The notes beneath the pieces were generated by a model. It saw only the letters and a program-made list of their open reading frames with translations. It did not search any database and was not told where the DNA came from. A stretch of DNA of 64,000 bases, from contig CAYJKF010000002.1 in the NCBI GenBank assembly GCA_964370865.1, positions 20,719 to 84,718 on the forward strand, read 5' to 3'. This document shows positions 29,257-39,571 of this stretch, piece by piece; the first letter of the stretch is position 1, and every line of letters starts with the position of its first letter. The position numbers were made by a program, and so were the translations under genes. The stretch is from an uncultured Candidatus Saccharibacteria bacterium (GTDB lineage Bacteria; Patescibacteriota; WWE3; 2-01-FULL-39-13).

Positions 29257-30709
29257 AGAACTTTTCTTAAGTCCACTTTTCTATATATTCCTATTAATAA
29301 TTGTTCTTCGTTATATTGGAACAAATCATGGATTCCCATATATCTATAATGTGGATGAGCCGACTTTAGTTAAGACCACGTTAAATTTACGTTTTAGTCC
29401 ATGGATTGAGCGGTTTGACTGGCCACACTTTAATTATTATTTCCATTTTATCTTTTATTGGATATTTATTAAATTCAGAGCTTTGATTCAAATGGTTGGC
29501 TTAGATGGAAGCCTTAAATCCCTTGCGCCAATTTTATGGGATGATCCATTCGTGTTTTACTTTTTATCTAGAGTTATAAACACCACTCTATCAATTCTTT
29601 CGGTAATTCCAGTTTTCTATGTAACAAAAGACATATTTAATAAGAAGACAGCGACAGTGACTGCAATAAGTTACTTATTGTTTCCATATTTAACTTCTCA
29701 TTCTAGATACGCGATTCAGGATTCCGCAATGATGTCGTGGCTAGCGTTTTATTATTGGTTTTTATATCGATATTGGAATAAAGGAAAAATAAAGGATTTA
29801 CTATTATCAGCACTATTCATTGGACTAGCAACTGGAGTGAAATACAATGCGATTTTGTTTTCGGTAGCGGTTCCAATTTTATTGTTTCTTCAAATGAAAG
29901 CTCGATCTATGCCCAGAATACTTAATTATATAAAAAATAATTTTCTTGCAGGAATTGTCATAATAGTAGTATTTTTAGTGGTTTGTCCTAGTGTTATTTA
30001 TCATTTTGATTTATTTTGGTCTAATAAACCAGGAGTAGGAATATTTTGGCAGTTACAATCGAATCTTGTTAAGTATACATTAGTTGAAACGCCATATTAC
30101 GCATTCTTGGATTATGTAGATATTCTAAATGGTACAGGAATTCTTTTATCTGTAGGCTTTATTCTCTATCCGGTTTTTTACCGTAAATTAGACATAACAA
30201 AAGAAAATAAGATATTTATGGCAGTGTTTTGGTTAATCTCAGTTGGCTATTTCCTTTATGCCACCAGGATAGTCCTATCAGGACCACGGTTTTATCTTCC
30301 AATATATCCATTAATTGCAATTGTCGGGTCATTTATATATTTTGAATTGAGTAAACTTAAATACTATAAATACCTTAGTACTGTCTATCTGGCAATATTA
30401 TTTGGAGTTGTAGTATATCGTTCTATAGGTTTCACGCAGGAGCCAACAGTTAACTTGGCTTATTATAAATATCAAGAATTAGTAAGAACAAACAGTGTGT
30501 ATATTCGTGGCGAAGATATCGAGAGACTTAATTTATTAAATAACTTAGGACTTAGAAAGTTAAGACCCACTACACAGTTAAATAAAGGTAACTACATAAT
30601 AGGCTCAAGGCCCTTGAAACTAGAAAATGCTAAATTAGTTGATACAATCGAGAAGGTGGAGGGATATAATAGATTAGGTCCCACTATTTATATTTATCGT
30701 CATAATTAA
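29246..30709 (+). CDS. Polytopic GT-C membrane glycosyltransferase (PMT_2/ArnT-like). Paralog of 19196-20752.
   Basis: VDEPTLV ... ERFDWPHFNYYFHF motif shared with the paralog. Confidence 0.6.
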   Translation: MKIRELFLSPLFYIFLLIIVLRYIGTNHGFPYIYNVDEPTLVKTTLNLRFSPWIERFDWPHFNYYFHFIFYWIFIKFRALIQMVGLDGSLKSLAPILWDDPFVFYFLSRVINTTLSILSVIPVFYVTKDIFNKKTATVTAISYLLFPYLTSHSRYAIQDSAMMSWLAFYYWFLYRYWNKGKIKDLLLSALFIGLATGVKYNAILFSVAVPILLFLQMKARSMPRILNYIKNNFLAGIVIIVVFLVVCPSVIYHFDLFWSNKPGVGIFWQLQSNLVKYTLVETPYYAFLDYVDILNGTGILLSVGFILYPVFYRKLDITKENKIFMAVFWLISVGYFLYATRIVLSGPRFYLPIYPLIAIVGSFIYFELSKLKYYKYLSTVYLAILFGVVVYRSIGFTQEPTVNLAYYKYQELVRTNSVYIRGEDIERLNLLNNLGLRKLRPTTQLNKGNYIIGSRPLKLENAKLVDTIEKVEGYNRLGPTIYIYRHN

Positions 30710-30730
30710 TGAAATCGAGTAGAGGTAAAA

Positions 30731-31843
30731 ATGGTTAAAAAGAGGCTTTTGATTGCTTATCATTCTGCTGAATACGGTGGAATTGAAGTTCAGATTCTAG
30801 ACATAATAAAAGAGCTCGCACAAGAGATTGATATTTATGTTGCCTGTCCAAAGGGACCCCTTGTAGAAGAATACTTAAAATATGGTGCAGTTGAGCATTT
30901 AGAATTATTCCCGACAAAAGAAATCGACTTTAATTACATAAATAAAATTCGAGAAGTCCTTAGAAGAGAATCAATTCAAATAGTTCACGGTCACGAATTA
31001 AAAACTGGTGTACAAGTTATGTATGCAGCCTTTAGAGAAAAAGTGCCGAAACGAATTTTTCATGTGCATACGCCTTTTATTTTTTGGAAATATGGATCAG
31101 TTAAGAGGTATTTTGCAATCATAGCAAATTATATTGCGAATTTTATAACCGGAAATATATTTGCTACTGATGTACTTGCTCTAACTCCATATATTAAGCA
31201 AGTAAGAACAAAATATGAACTAATATCGCCAAGCAAGGTTAAGGTGATACCCAATTCAGTTCGTCCTATACCTCAAATTTCAGCAGAACAGAAATCTCAA
31301 ATAAAAACCCAGTACAATTTGAATCCAGATAAAGCAATTATTGGTTATGTGGCTAGGTTTACAGTTGAAAAAGGACAAGAGGTACTTTTAAAAGCCTTTA
31401 GAGATAATGATAAATTAAGGGAGAGTGCACATTTAATTTTAGTAGGAGGAGGTGCAGACCTTGAGAAGCTTCAGAAGCAGTATTCTTTTCCCAATATTAC
31501 ATTTACTGGTAGGGTAGACGATTACGAAAAACAAGCCTTACTAAATGTATTCGATATTTTTGCTTTTCCAACATTTGCAGAGGGATTTGGAATAACTTTA
31601 ATCGAAGCTCTTAGTGTGGGATTACCCGCTGTTGTAAGCGACTTACCCGTATTACATGATGTGGGGGGTAATGAAGTTGTTTACTTCAAAAAAGGTGACT
31701 CTGCTGATTTAAGTATAAAACTACTGGATATGATAGAAAACTTTGGTGAGTTAAACTCTTCGAAACAAGCTAGAATTGATATTGCTAATAATTACTCAAC
31801 CGAAAGATTTAGAGATAATTATAGACAACTGTATTTAGGTTAA
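30731..31843 (+). CDS. GT4 family glycosyltransferase
   Basis: GRVDDYEKQALLNVFDIFAFPTFAEGFGITLIEALSVGLPAVVSD. SD-like GAGGT upstream. Confidence 0.8.
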   Translation: MVKKRLLIAYHSAEYGGIEVQILDIIKELAQEIDIYVACPKGPLVEEYLKYGAVEHLELFPTKEIDFNYINKIREVLRRESIQIVHGHELKTGVQVMYAAFREKVPKRIFHVHTPFIFWKYGSVKRYFAIIANYIANFITGNIFATDVLALTPYIKQVRTKYELISPSKVKVIPNSVRPIPQISAEQKSQIKTQYNLNPDKAIIGYVARFTVEKGQEVLLKAFRDNDKLRESAHLILVGGGADLEKLQKQYSFPNITFTGRVDDYEKQALLNVFDIFAFPTFAEGFGITLIEALSVGLPAVVSDLPVLHDVGGNEVVYFKKGDSADLSIKLLDMIENFGELNSSKQARIDIANNYSTERFRDNYRQLYLG

Positions 31844-31847
31844 TTTT

Positions 31848-33026
31848 ATGAAAATACTTTATCAATCACGGGTCGATTTATATTCACCACGTGGCGGAGA
31901 TACCATCCAAATAGAGAAGACAAAAGAGGCTATTGAAAAGTTAGATAAAAATATTCAGATTGATATTGTTACTGACATGTGGCCTAAAAATATTGAAGAA
32001 TATGATCTTGTGCATTTGTTCAATCTTGATTGGATTTGTGAGACCTATGGTCAGCTTATATGGGCTAAGAAACATGGGAAAAAAGTCATACTTTCTGCGA
32101 TCCATCACTCAGAATCTGAAGTAAAAACATATGAAGACTTAGCTCGTTATGACATACGCCGTATATATAATGCGTTAATTGCCAGTCAGTCTTTACGCGA
32201 TGAATTCAAGAATTTATATAGAAGCCTTTTTAATTTAAAGAAATTAGAACCAACCCTTGGACAATTATTAAGAGGTATTCGAAATGAGCAAAAATATATT
32301 TTAGAAAATGCTGATTTAGTTTTAGTTCAAACTAAAATTGAAGCTGATGAAATTGATAAAGATTTTGATGTAAAACTTACTAAATATCATAATGTTGTTA
32401 ACGGGGTTGATGCTGAACTCTTTACAAGTACAAGTAAGGAGAAATTTGAAAACCTCGTTAAGAATGTGCTTGGGGTAAATTTAGATGGAAAGAAAATTCT
32501 ATTGAGTGTGGGTAGAGTAGAACCAAGAAAGAATCAACTTTCTTTAATTAATATATTTAGCGAACTTCAGAATGATCAGCGTTTTAAAGATTATTATCTG
32601 GTTTTTATGGGAGGTATGACTGATAAGAGTTATGAGTATACTTCAAAATTTAAACGATTGGTGGAGAAAAATGACAAGATTTTATATCTTGGACCTCAAT
32701 CACAGGATCTAGTAGCATCTGCTATGAGGTTTCCAGGAATCTTTGTACATACAAGTTGGTTTGAAACAACGGGATTGGTATGTTTAGAGGCCTTGCTGTC
32801 TGAAATGAATGTTGTTTCGACCTCTACTAGGCTTAAAGAGTACGTTGGAGACAGCATAGTTTATTGCAACCCAGAAAGTCCTGAAAGTATTAAAAATGCT
32901 ATACTTGAAGCGAGTAGAAAAGGTGCCGTATCAGCTGAATTAGTTGATTTAATAATCAAAAACTACTCATGGAAAAATACGGCAGAACAAACTCTCGAAG
33001 GGTACAAAAAACTTAAAATACTATGA
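31848..33026 (+). CDS. GT4 family glycosyltransferase
   Basis: GT-B C-terminal half (VGRVEPRKNQ ... SWFETTGLVCLEAL), 392 aa. Confidence 0.7.
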   Translation: MKILYQSRVDLYSPRGGDTIQIEKTKEAIEKLDKNIQIDIVTDMWPKNIEEYDLVHLFNLDWICETYGQLIWAKKHGKKVILSAIHHSESEVKTYEDLARYDIRRIYNALIASQSLRDEFKNLYRSLFNLKKLEPTLGQLLRGIRNEQKYILENADLVLVQTKIEADEIDKDFDVKLTKYHNVVNGVDAELFTSTSKEKFENLVKNVLGVNLDGKKILLSVGRVEPRKNQLSLINIFSELQNDQRFKDYYLVFMGGMTDKSYEYTSKFKRLVEKNDKILYLGPQSQDLVASAMRFPGIFVHTSWFETTGLVCLEALLSEMNVVSTSTRLKEYVGDSIVYCNPESPESIKNAILEASRKGAVSAELVDLIIKNYSWKNTAEQTLEGYKKLKIL

Positions 33027-36000
33027 ATTTCGAATTAATCATAATCATTTCAATATCTCTAATAACATTTTTACTCTCCTTAAAAAACCTAAAGTGGGGA
33101 TTTTACTTTTTTATGGCTACCATTTTACTAATGCATAAAGAGCTTTTTAGCCTGGTACAGTGGGATTTCTTACCAGCTAGGTTTGCGTCAGTTGGTATAG
33201 GCTTAGCTCTACTAATTAAAGGATTAATGGTTACAAAAAACAATGGAGTTAAAAACACCCTAATTCGCTTGGCTAATTTCACCCGAAATGACCGTCCTTT
33301 TCTATTATTAGTTACATTATTGATAATCCGTCTTATCTCAAGTATTGCCGGAGAAAACATTACCACAAATTACAATCTACTTTTATTCTATTCAAGCGCC
33401 ATCATCTTATATCTTGTAGCAAGTTACATACAAAAAAGAGAGGGAAGCAATAACTTTTTTAAGAAGATCTTATGGATATATATGGGACTTGGTGTACTTG
33501 CCACAATCTTTGCTTTTGTCCAAATGTATCTAAAGATCGAATATGATATTAAAGTTGGAGCTATTTGGCCAGTTGAAAATAATTTGCCAAGGCTAGGTTC
33601 GACTTTTTGGGATGTAAACCATTTCGGCGGATTTTTGATAACCGTAATTCCACTATATTTTATATATACATTTATCGCATCTAAGTGGAAATATAGGTTA
33701 CTTAATATTGTAGCTCTAGGAATGACCTCCTCAATGTTATTTTTTACTCAATCACGAAGCTCATGGTTAGGAATCTCAATTGCAATGGTCCTTGGGTTGT
33801 TACTACTCATGAAAAAGGGATTTTATAAGCCTCTTTTGCTATTTTTAGGCGGATGTTTAATATTAGGCGGAATTTTTATTACTTACCTAGATTTTAAAGA
33901 TTTAACTGTAAGTCAAAAAATCAAGGATTTTATGCATTACCGATTAGATTCCACAGATACTCATTTAATGTTGGTACAAGGAGCAGTGCAGATTTTTTAT
34001 AATAAGCCAATCATTGGTTCAGGTTCTGGAAACTTTAATAGTGCTTTTAGAAAAACCGATATATCCGAGAAATACTTTGAGAGAGAACCTAATTTAAAGA
34101 ACCAGGAAGTCCCTCCGCACAGTGTATGGGGTGAGGTTTTGGCAGAAAGTGGTTACCTGGGTTTTATGACCTATTTAATCTTGATGGTATTTATGTGTCT
34201 ATCCCTGGTCTATGTAATTTTCAAAACCGCAGATCGAAAAGAAAAATTACTTGGAGTTGGTCTATTCATTTCGTTAGTTGGGATTTTAGTAACAGGAATC
34301 TTCTATTCATTCAATCTAGAATTTTTCTGGATATTATTTATTCTTGTAACACTTTTTATAAAGAACGCGATTAAAGTTGATTGGTCCTTTAGAAACATTT
34401 TTGGATGGTTCGCGGGAAGTAAAAATGCGCCTCTTTTAGCGATTCTTCCTTTAGCCTTGGTATTTATTTTGGTTAATATTGGTGGGGTTACACTTTTGGA
34501 ATGGGACGAAGCCATTTACGCAAAAGTTGCAAAAAATATTGTACAAAGTGGTAACTGGCTTAATTTAAGGTGGGATAGTACAAGCGATTTCTGGTTTGAA
34601 AAACCACCTTTATATATGTGGTTATCAGCTGTGATGTTTAATTTAACTGGAATAAATGAATTTAGTGCTAGGATTTGGTCAGCTATTTTTGGTCTATCCA
34701 CGATAGTTTTGGTCTACTTTTTGGGTAAAAAATTATATAACAAATTCACAGGATTGATTGCAGCAATTATTCTTTTAAATACTGCTCATTTCTTGTATTA
34801 CACAAGGAATAGTTTGCTTGATGTGCCTGTTACATTTTTTATATTGGCTACTGTTATGGCGTTTTATTGGGGTACTACGGTTACAAAGCGTTCATACTTA
34901 TTTTATATATTAGCTGGTGTAACTCTTGGTTTAGGAGTAATGACAAAGGCAATTGTAGGATTACTTCCTCTACCAATTATCATTCTGTATCTGATTTCTT
35001 CTAAAGTATTTTTGAAAGAGAAACTTAATCTAAAAGGGTTTCTGATTACTTTCTTTATTTCGTTATTAGTTTTTATGCCATGGCATGTCTATTCTTATAT
35101 AGCGCATGGTAGCGAGTTTATAGAGACATATTTATTTAAGCACATCTTCGATCGAGGTACAGAAGGACTAGGACATGTTAGGCCGCTTTGGTGGTACTTT
35201 GAAGTTCTTATGGTTTCATACCGAATTTGGCTAGCTCCTTTAATTGGTGGTTTAATTATTCTCCCATTAGTTGATAAATCTAAGAAAAGTAATTTACTCG
35301 TGTTTTCTGCCTCCATATTTATTTTTATATTCTTCTCAATTCCAAAAGATAAGCTTTCGTGGTATTTGGTTCCTATTTATCCGTTTATTGCGTTACTTTC
35401 GGCAAGATTTATTGATCAATCTATAGTTTATTTTAGGAGCATTATTAAGGAGTCCAATTTGCCAAGTCTGTTTAATATGAAGCTTATTGTTGCAGGTCTT
35501 TTCATATTCCTGACACCTTTCTATATATCTCGTATTCGAGATAAAGTTTATTTTGAGGATGTTAATAGAGACATAGTAGAGCTGATTAAGATTCACAATC
35601 AAATATATCCAGTGAGCGAGTTTCCAGAATTGGATTTACACTATGCCCGAATCCCGCACACCGTTGCATTATTCTATAGCGACCATCAGCCAGTTGCAGT
35701 GTCAACAGAAAAAATATTAGACATGTTAGATGACGCAAAACCAGATCGTTTTTACACTTTTTTGATGAGTCAAACAAGATTTTATCAAGTTAGAGGTGAA
35801 CTTAAGAACGAAGTTTCCAAACCAGTTGATCTAAGAGTTAGAGGGTCATCTGGAAGTAGTGTATTGGTCAGGTCTATGTCAGAGGTAGATTTACTTAAAG
35901 AAGACATAATAGAAACCGCGAATGGTATAGGTGCTTTATATGCACAGGAAAAATTAGTAGGATTAACCGAATTTGAAGTACAGAAGCTTGATAGTTTAGA

Positions 36001-36076
36001 AGTTGATTATCAGAATATCGTAAATAAGTTGACTGAATATGGATACCCTCCAGAAGCTCTTATCAAAATACAATAA
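33023..36076 (+). CDS. Fusion protein: N-terminal Wzy_C/O-antigen-ligase-family domain, ArnT/PMT-like GT-C domain, C-terminal soluble domain (1017 aa)
   Basis: FTQSRSSWLGISIAMVL and GSGSGNFNSAF ... HSVWGEVLAESGYLGF (Wzy_C hallmarks), then LEWDEAIYAKVAKNIVQSGNW ... FEKPPLYMWL (ArnT-type DE motif). Confidence 0.7.
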   Translation: MNFELIIIISISLITFLLSLKNLKWGFYFFMATILLMHKELFSLVQWDFLPARFASVGIGLALLIKGLMVTKNNGVKNTLIRLANFTRNDRPFLLLVTLLIIRLISSIAGENITTNYNLLLFYSSAIILYLVASYIQKREGSNNFFKKILWIYMGLGVLATIFAFVQMYLKIEYDIKVGAIWPVENNLPRLGSTFWDVNHFGGFLITVIPLYFIYTFIASKWKYRLLNIVALGMTSSMLFFTQSRSSWLGISIAMVLGLLLLMKKGFYKPLLLFLGGCLILGGIFITYLDFKDLTVSQKIKDFMHYRLDSTDTHLMLVQGAVQIFYNKPIIGSGSGNFNSAFRKTDISEKYFEREPNLKNQEVPPHSVWGEVLAESGYLGFMTYLILMVFMCLSLVYVIFKTADRKEKLLGVGLFISLVGILVTGIFYSFNLEFFWILFILVTLFIKNAIKVDWSFRNIFGWFAGSKNAPLLAILPLALVFILVNIGGVTLLEWDEAIYAKVAKNIVQSGNWLNLRWDSTSDFWFEKPPLYMWLSAVMFNLTGINEFSARIWSAIFGLSTIVLVYFLGKKLYNKFTGLIAAIILLNTAHFLYYTRNSLLDVPVTFFILATVMAFYWGTTVTKRSYLFYILAGVTLGLGVMTKAIVGLLPLPIIILYLISSKVFLKEKLNLKGFLITFFISLLVFMPWHVYSYIAHGSEFIETYLFKHIFDRGTEGLGHVRPLWWYFEVLMVSYRIWLAPLIGGLIILPLVDKSKKSNLLVFSASIFIFIFFSIPKDKLSWYLVPIYPFIALLSARFIDQSIVYFRSIIKESNLPSLFNMKLIVAGLFIFLTPFYISRIRDKVYFEDVNRDIVELIKIHNQIYPVSEFPELDLHYARIPHTVALFYSDHQPVAVSTEKILDMLDDAKPDRFYTFLMSQTRFYQVRGELKNEVSKPVDLRVRGSSGSSVLVRSMSEVDLLKEDIIETANGIGALYAQEKLVGLTEFEVQKLDSLEVDYQNIVNKLTEYGYPPEALIKIQ

Positions 36077-38258
36077 AGCAGATTGGCTTGTATTTATCTT
36101 TATACTAGTCATTCCATGGACGCATAAAGAGATGTTTAGCTTTTATAATCCTGATCTAGTTATATCCAAGTGGATTTTGATTGTGATTGCGACCTTGGGT
36201 TTCTTCTACTTTATAAAGGATAGGAAGACGTATTCTAAGGATATTTTCTTCTTTTTACTTTCAGGTATTCTATGGGGACAGATATTTAGCCTTCTACATA
36301 CACTTGATGTCCGAAGTACTTTAAAAATTATCGCTTTTCAAGGAGGGATCGTCTTTGCTTATCCATTTTTAAAAAATTATCTTAGAAAAGAGGGGAAAGA
36401 TAAGACTATCTTTGCGTATTTAATTTCCCTTTCTATCGTTCTATGTTTTTGGATATTTCAGGTTTCTCTAAAGATTTATTTTAATAAATTAACAGGAGGC
36501 ATTTGGCCAGTTTATGGATATCCAACTAGATTTGGTTCGACTTTCTGGGATGTAAATCATTATGGTGCTTATCTTTCTTCTATGATATTTGTGACGTGTG
36601 GGGTTTTATTATCTAAACAATATGAAAAGTATAAGAAATTTCTGATTGCACTTGTATCAGTTTCCTTACTAAGTCTATTTTTTACTGGTTCAAGAAGTTC
36701 ATGGATAGGCTTTACAATATCCTTAGTTGTTTTTTTCTTACTACTTTTTAGCAGTAAAAAGGCATCTTGGTTTAATTTTGACAAAAAAAATAAATATACG
36801 GAAATTCTAAAGTATAAGTGGCATCTGCTTTCGGCCGGATTTATTGTTCTTCCTTTTTCTATTTTATATTTATTGCAGGATTCAATCAGGGCAGCATTTT
36901 TATACAGGTCTACATCCTTTTTTTCTCACTTATATTTGTTAAAAGCGGGAATATCTGTAGGAATTAATAATTTCACAACTGGCATAGGTGCAAATGCTTT
37001 TCATGCTTACTTTAAACAGTCGGAATATGCTTCGGCATACTATTATATAGACAAGGCTGCAGAAAATTATAAACTTCCGCTTCATAACTTATGGCTTGAG
37101 GTTTTGGCTGAAACAGGCATTGTGGCTTTTATTGTGTTTTGTTTGTTATGGATTGTTACAATCGGTTTACTTTATCGTCTATACCAAAAGCACAATGATT
37201 ATCTAGCACTCGGACTTATCTCAGGGCTTATAACGTATTTAGTATCGGGTTTATTTTATTCTTATAAGAGCGAATTTTTCTGGATTTTTGTCGTTATTGC
37301 TTGTGTGTATGCATCAAGAGGAATGGAGAAAGATTTAGTTATAAATAAATTTAAAGATATAAAGCAAGTATTTTATTACATTTTTGGGAATGCCAAGTCA
37401 TTTAAAAAATTACTAATAGTTGTTCTATCGGTTTTAACAGTATTAAGTGCTGGGATTTATTTGACTTATTCCCTTTCTTTGCGCGAAATCTTATCATTCT
37501 ATGATACGACTGAACAAAGCTATGTTTTTAGACTTTATCAATATATTATTAATCTCTTGAGATTTACGCTTGGGAACTATTCTTTTACGGGACGGTTACC
37601 CGTTTTAGGATTAGTTATTTCCTCATTTATTGGAATGTTCGCAATCTTGAATCGAAAGAGCTCCCCCGAAAAATCTATATTAGTTTCTGCAATTGTAATT
37701 AATATTTTGATGATACTTGCTTCACCTTCTCGAGTTTCAGAGATTTGGTTAAATATATTTCTTGTAGTAACTCTGACTGGTGCTTTTTTTATATTATTTG
37801 ATGTTCCAAATCTTGTTAAAGTTAGATTTAACTTTTCTACCGCTTCATTAGTTGTTATTCTTGTGATTTCTAATATTTGTTTCCACGTCGTGAACTATAG
37901 AATTATGCAGGATGGATACAATCAAGAATCTAATTTTATTGTAGAATTAGCCTCGAATAGGGCTGTATTGAATAATTCAGTTATTTGGGTTGAAACTGAC
38001 CAAGATAGGATGCTCGTAAAATATTATTCAGATCATATTGAAAAGTCCCACGGAAACCTATATCCAGTCAATGAGAAAATTTCTAATCTTACCGAACTTT
38101 ATGGTATTGATTTCTATAATAGAAATGTATTTGTGGTTACAGGATTAAACAAAAATATACTTGAGTCAGCACTAGTTTTTGATGAAGTAATTACTTACAA
38201 AGATTATTATATTTTAATTATGGAGCCTGTAGAGTATGTGGCACAGGGTTCTCTATAA
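36039..38258 (+). CDS. Wzy_C/O-antigen-ligase-family membrane protein with an extended C-terminal region (739 aa)
   Basis: FTGSRSSWIGFTISLVV and LHNLWLEVLAETGIVAF (classic WaaL/PglL-type motif). Paralogous to the N-terminal domain of 33023-36076. Confidence 0.7.
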   Translation: MDTLQKLLSKYNKADWLVFIFILVIPWTHKEMFSFYNPDLVISKWILIVIATLGFFYFIKDRKTYSKDIFFFLLSGILWGQIFSLLHTLDVRSTLKIIAFQGGIVFAYPFLKNYLRKEGKDKTIFAYLISLSIVLCFWIFQVSLKIYFNKLTGGIWPVYGYPTRFGSTFWDVNHYGAYLSSMIFVTCGVLLSKQYEKYKKFLIALVSVSLLSLFFTGSRSSWIGFTISLVVFFLLLFSSKKASWFNFDKKNKYTEILKYKWHLLSAGFIVLPFSILYLLQDSIRAAFLYRSTSFFSHLYLLKAGISVGINNFTTGIGANAFHAYFKQSEYASAYYYIDKAAENYKLPLHNLWLEVLAETGIVAFIVFCLLWIVTIGLLYRLYQKHNDYLALGLISGLITYLVSGLFYSYKSEFFWIFVVIACVYASRGMEKDLVINKFKDIKQVFYYIFGNAKSFKKLLIVVLSVLTVLSAGIYLTYSLSLREILSFYDTTEQSYVFRLYQYIINLLRFTLGNYSFTGRLPVLGLVISSFIGMFAILNRKSSPEKSILVSAIVINILMILASPSRVSEIWLNIFLVVTLTGAFFILFDVPNLVKVRFNFSTASLVVILVISNICFHVVNYRIMQDGYNQESNFIVELASNRAVLNNSVIWVETDQDRMLVKYYSDHIEKSHGNLYPVNEKISNLTELYGIDFYNRNVFVVTGLNKNILESALVFDEVITYKDYYILIMEPVEYVAQGSL

Positions 38259-39555
38259 GACCCAATTGGAACAGTGCCCGTTTAGCCGAGAATACCAATT
38301 CACTGTTTTGAATACTCCATAACCAATAGCGGTCTTTTCCATCGTATATTGTATGCCAAACACCATCGAAGAAGACTAGTCCAGATAGATGGTAAAGAAT
38401 GGAATATCCAGTAGCTATATAGAAAGCATACCTAATACTTTTCTTACCGAAGAGTTCAGAATTAACAAAAGGAATTAAAGCAAAGACCATATATGGTAGT
38501 ACGTCGCTTGCCATTCTTGTTCCCCACGAATATCCTCCAAACCAGTTATACCACTTACCAAGTATTATCGTATGTAAGATTATAATTATTGAAACTGTTG
38601 TTAGTAATTTATCGGTTTTGAAGTTTTTAGATACTTTATAGAACGTATAAAACACAAATATTAGAACTGGTGAGGTAAATAGGATTCCCTTACTTGGTGA
38701 GAACCATATTCCTAGAAATCCTTCAACAATATTTGCGGTCCAGCGGTTGTGATCACCGTAGCCAGTATTAAATATACTTCCAAATAAATAAGTATCTAAG
38801 GATATTTCCCAGATCAGGGGAACGGCTGCGGCAAATGCATAAATTAATGTTTTCTTTATACTTTTAGTCGTGAAAATTATATAAAATCCAAAAAATACTA
38901 GCGATAAAAGATTTGTAGGTCTTGCAATTGTTGCTAGTCCAAATAAAAATCCCGCAGGGCCAAATAAATTCGATACTATCATTAATAGTCCGGAAGCATT
39001 TAATAATTGGCTTGATGAATGTTGCCAGAGTCCTTGCGCGCTTGTACTAAGTGAATTGGTCCCTAATGCATATATTATGAGCAGTAATATCGCCTTTTTA
39101 TTGTCTTTTATGCCCTTTTTAATCACAAACCACATAACTGCCACGGATAGAGCTGTTAAGTACGCTCCGCCTAATCTGCTCATTATTCCAAGGGCCTCAA
39201 TTGACTGATCATAATTGGATGTTAATGCTGGTAATACATATAGCGGTAGGATTAAGATAGAAGTCATGGTTGGAAAAAATGAATAGAACTTACTCCCAAC
39301 TTGTTTTAAATAGTAAGGTGTTAGAAAAAAATTATCAGGATGTGGATAATTGATTACCAAGGTTTCGTAGTATTCATTTAAATCAAAATCCTGTTGCTTG
39401 ATTAAGGAAAAGGGAAGTGTGGTCGTCGAAATAAAATCCTCACTTTGAAATGTTTGTTTGTTTAATCCTGTTTTATATACAAGTAAAAATAGTGAGAAGT
39501 ATAAGACAAAAAATCCGAGAAAAATGTAGACGAATTGTCTTATTTCATTTTGCAT
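38218..39555 (-). CDS. Polytopic membrane protein (probable GT-C-like), 445 aa
   Basis: ~10 TMs, loop-located DFDLNEYY acidic motif. Convergent 41-nt overlap with the upstream gene. Confidence 0.45.
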   Translation of the reverse strand: MQNEIRQFVYIFLGFFVLYFSLFLLVYKTGLNKQTFQSEDFISTTTLPFSLIKQQDFDLNEYYETLVINYPHPDNFFLTPYYLKQVGSKFYSFFPTMTSILILPLYVLPALTSNYDQSIEALGIMSRLGGAYLTALSVAVMWFVIKKGIKDNKKAILLLIIYALGTNSLSTSAQGLWQHSSSQLLNASGLLMIVSNLFGPAGFLFGLATIARPTNLLSLVFFGFYIIFTTKSIKKTLIYAFAAAVPLIWEISLDTYLFGSIFNTGYGDHNRWTANIVEGFLGIWFSPSKGILFTSPVLIFVFYTFYKVSKNFKTDKLLTTVSIIIILHTIILGKWYNWFGGYSWGTRMASDVLPYMVFALIPFVNSELFGKKSIRYAFYIATGYSILYHLSGLVFFDGVWHTIYDGKDRYWLWSIQNSELVFSAKRALFQLGLIENPVPHTLQAP

Positions 39556-39571
39556 ATTGATATTATACTAG

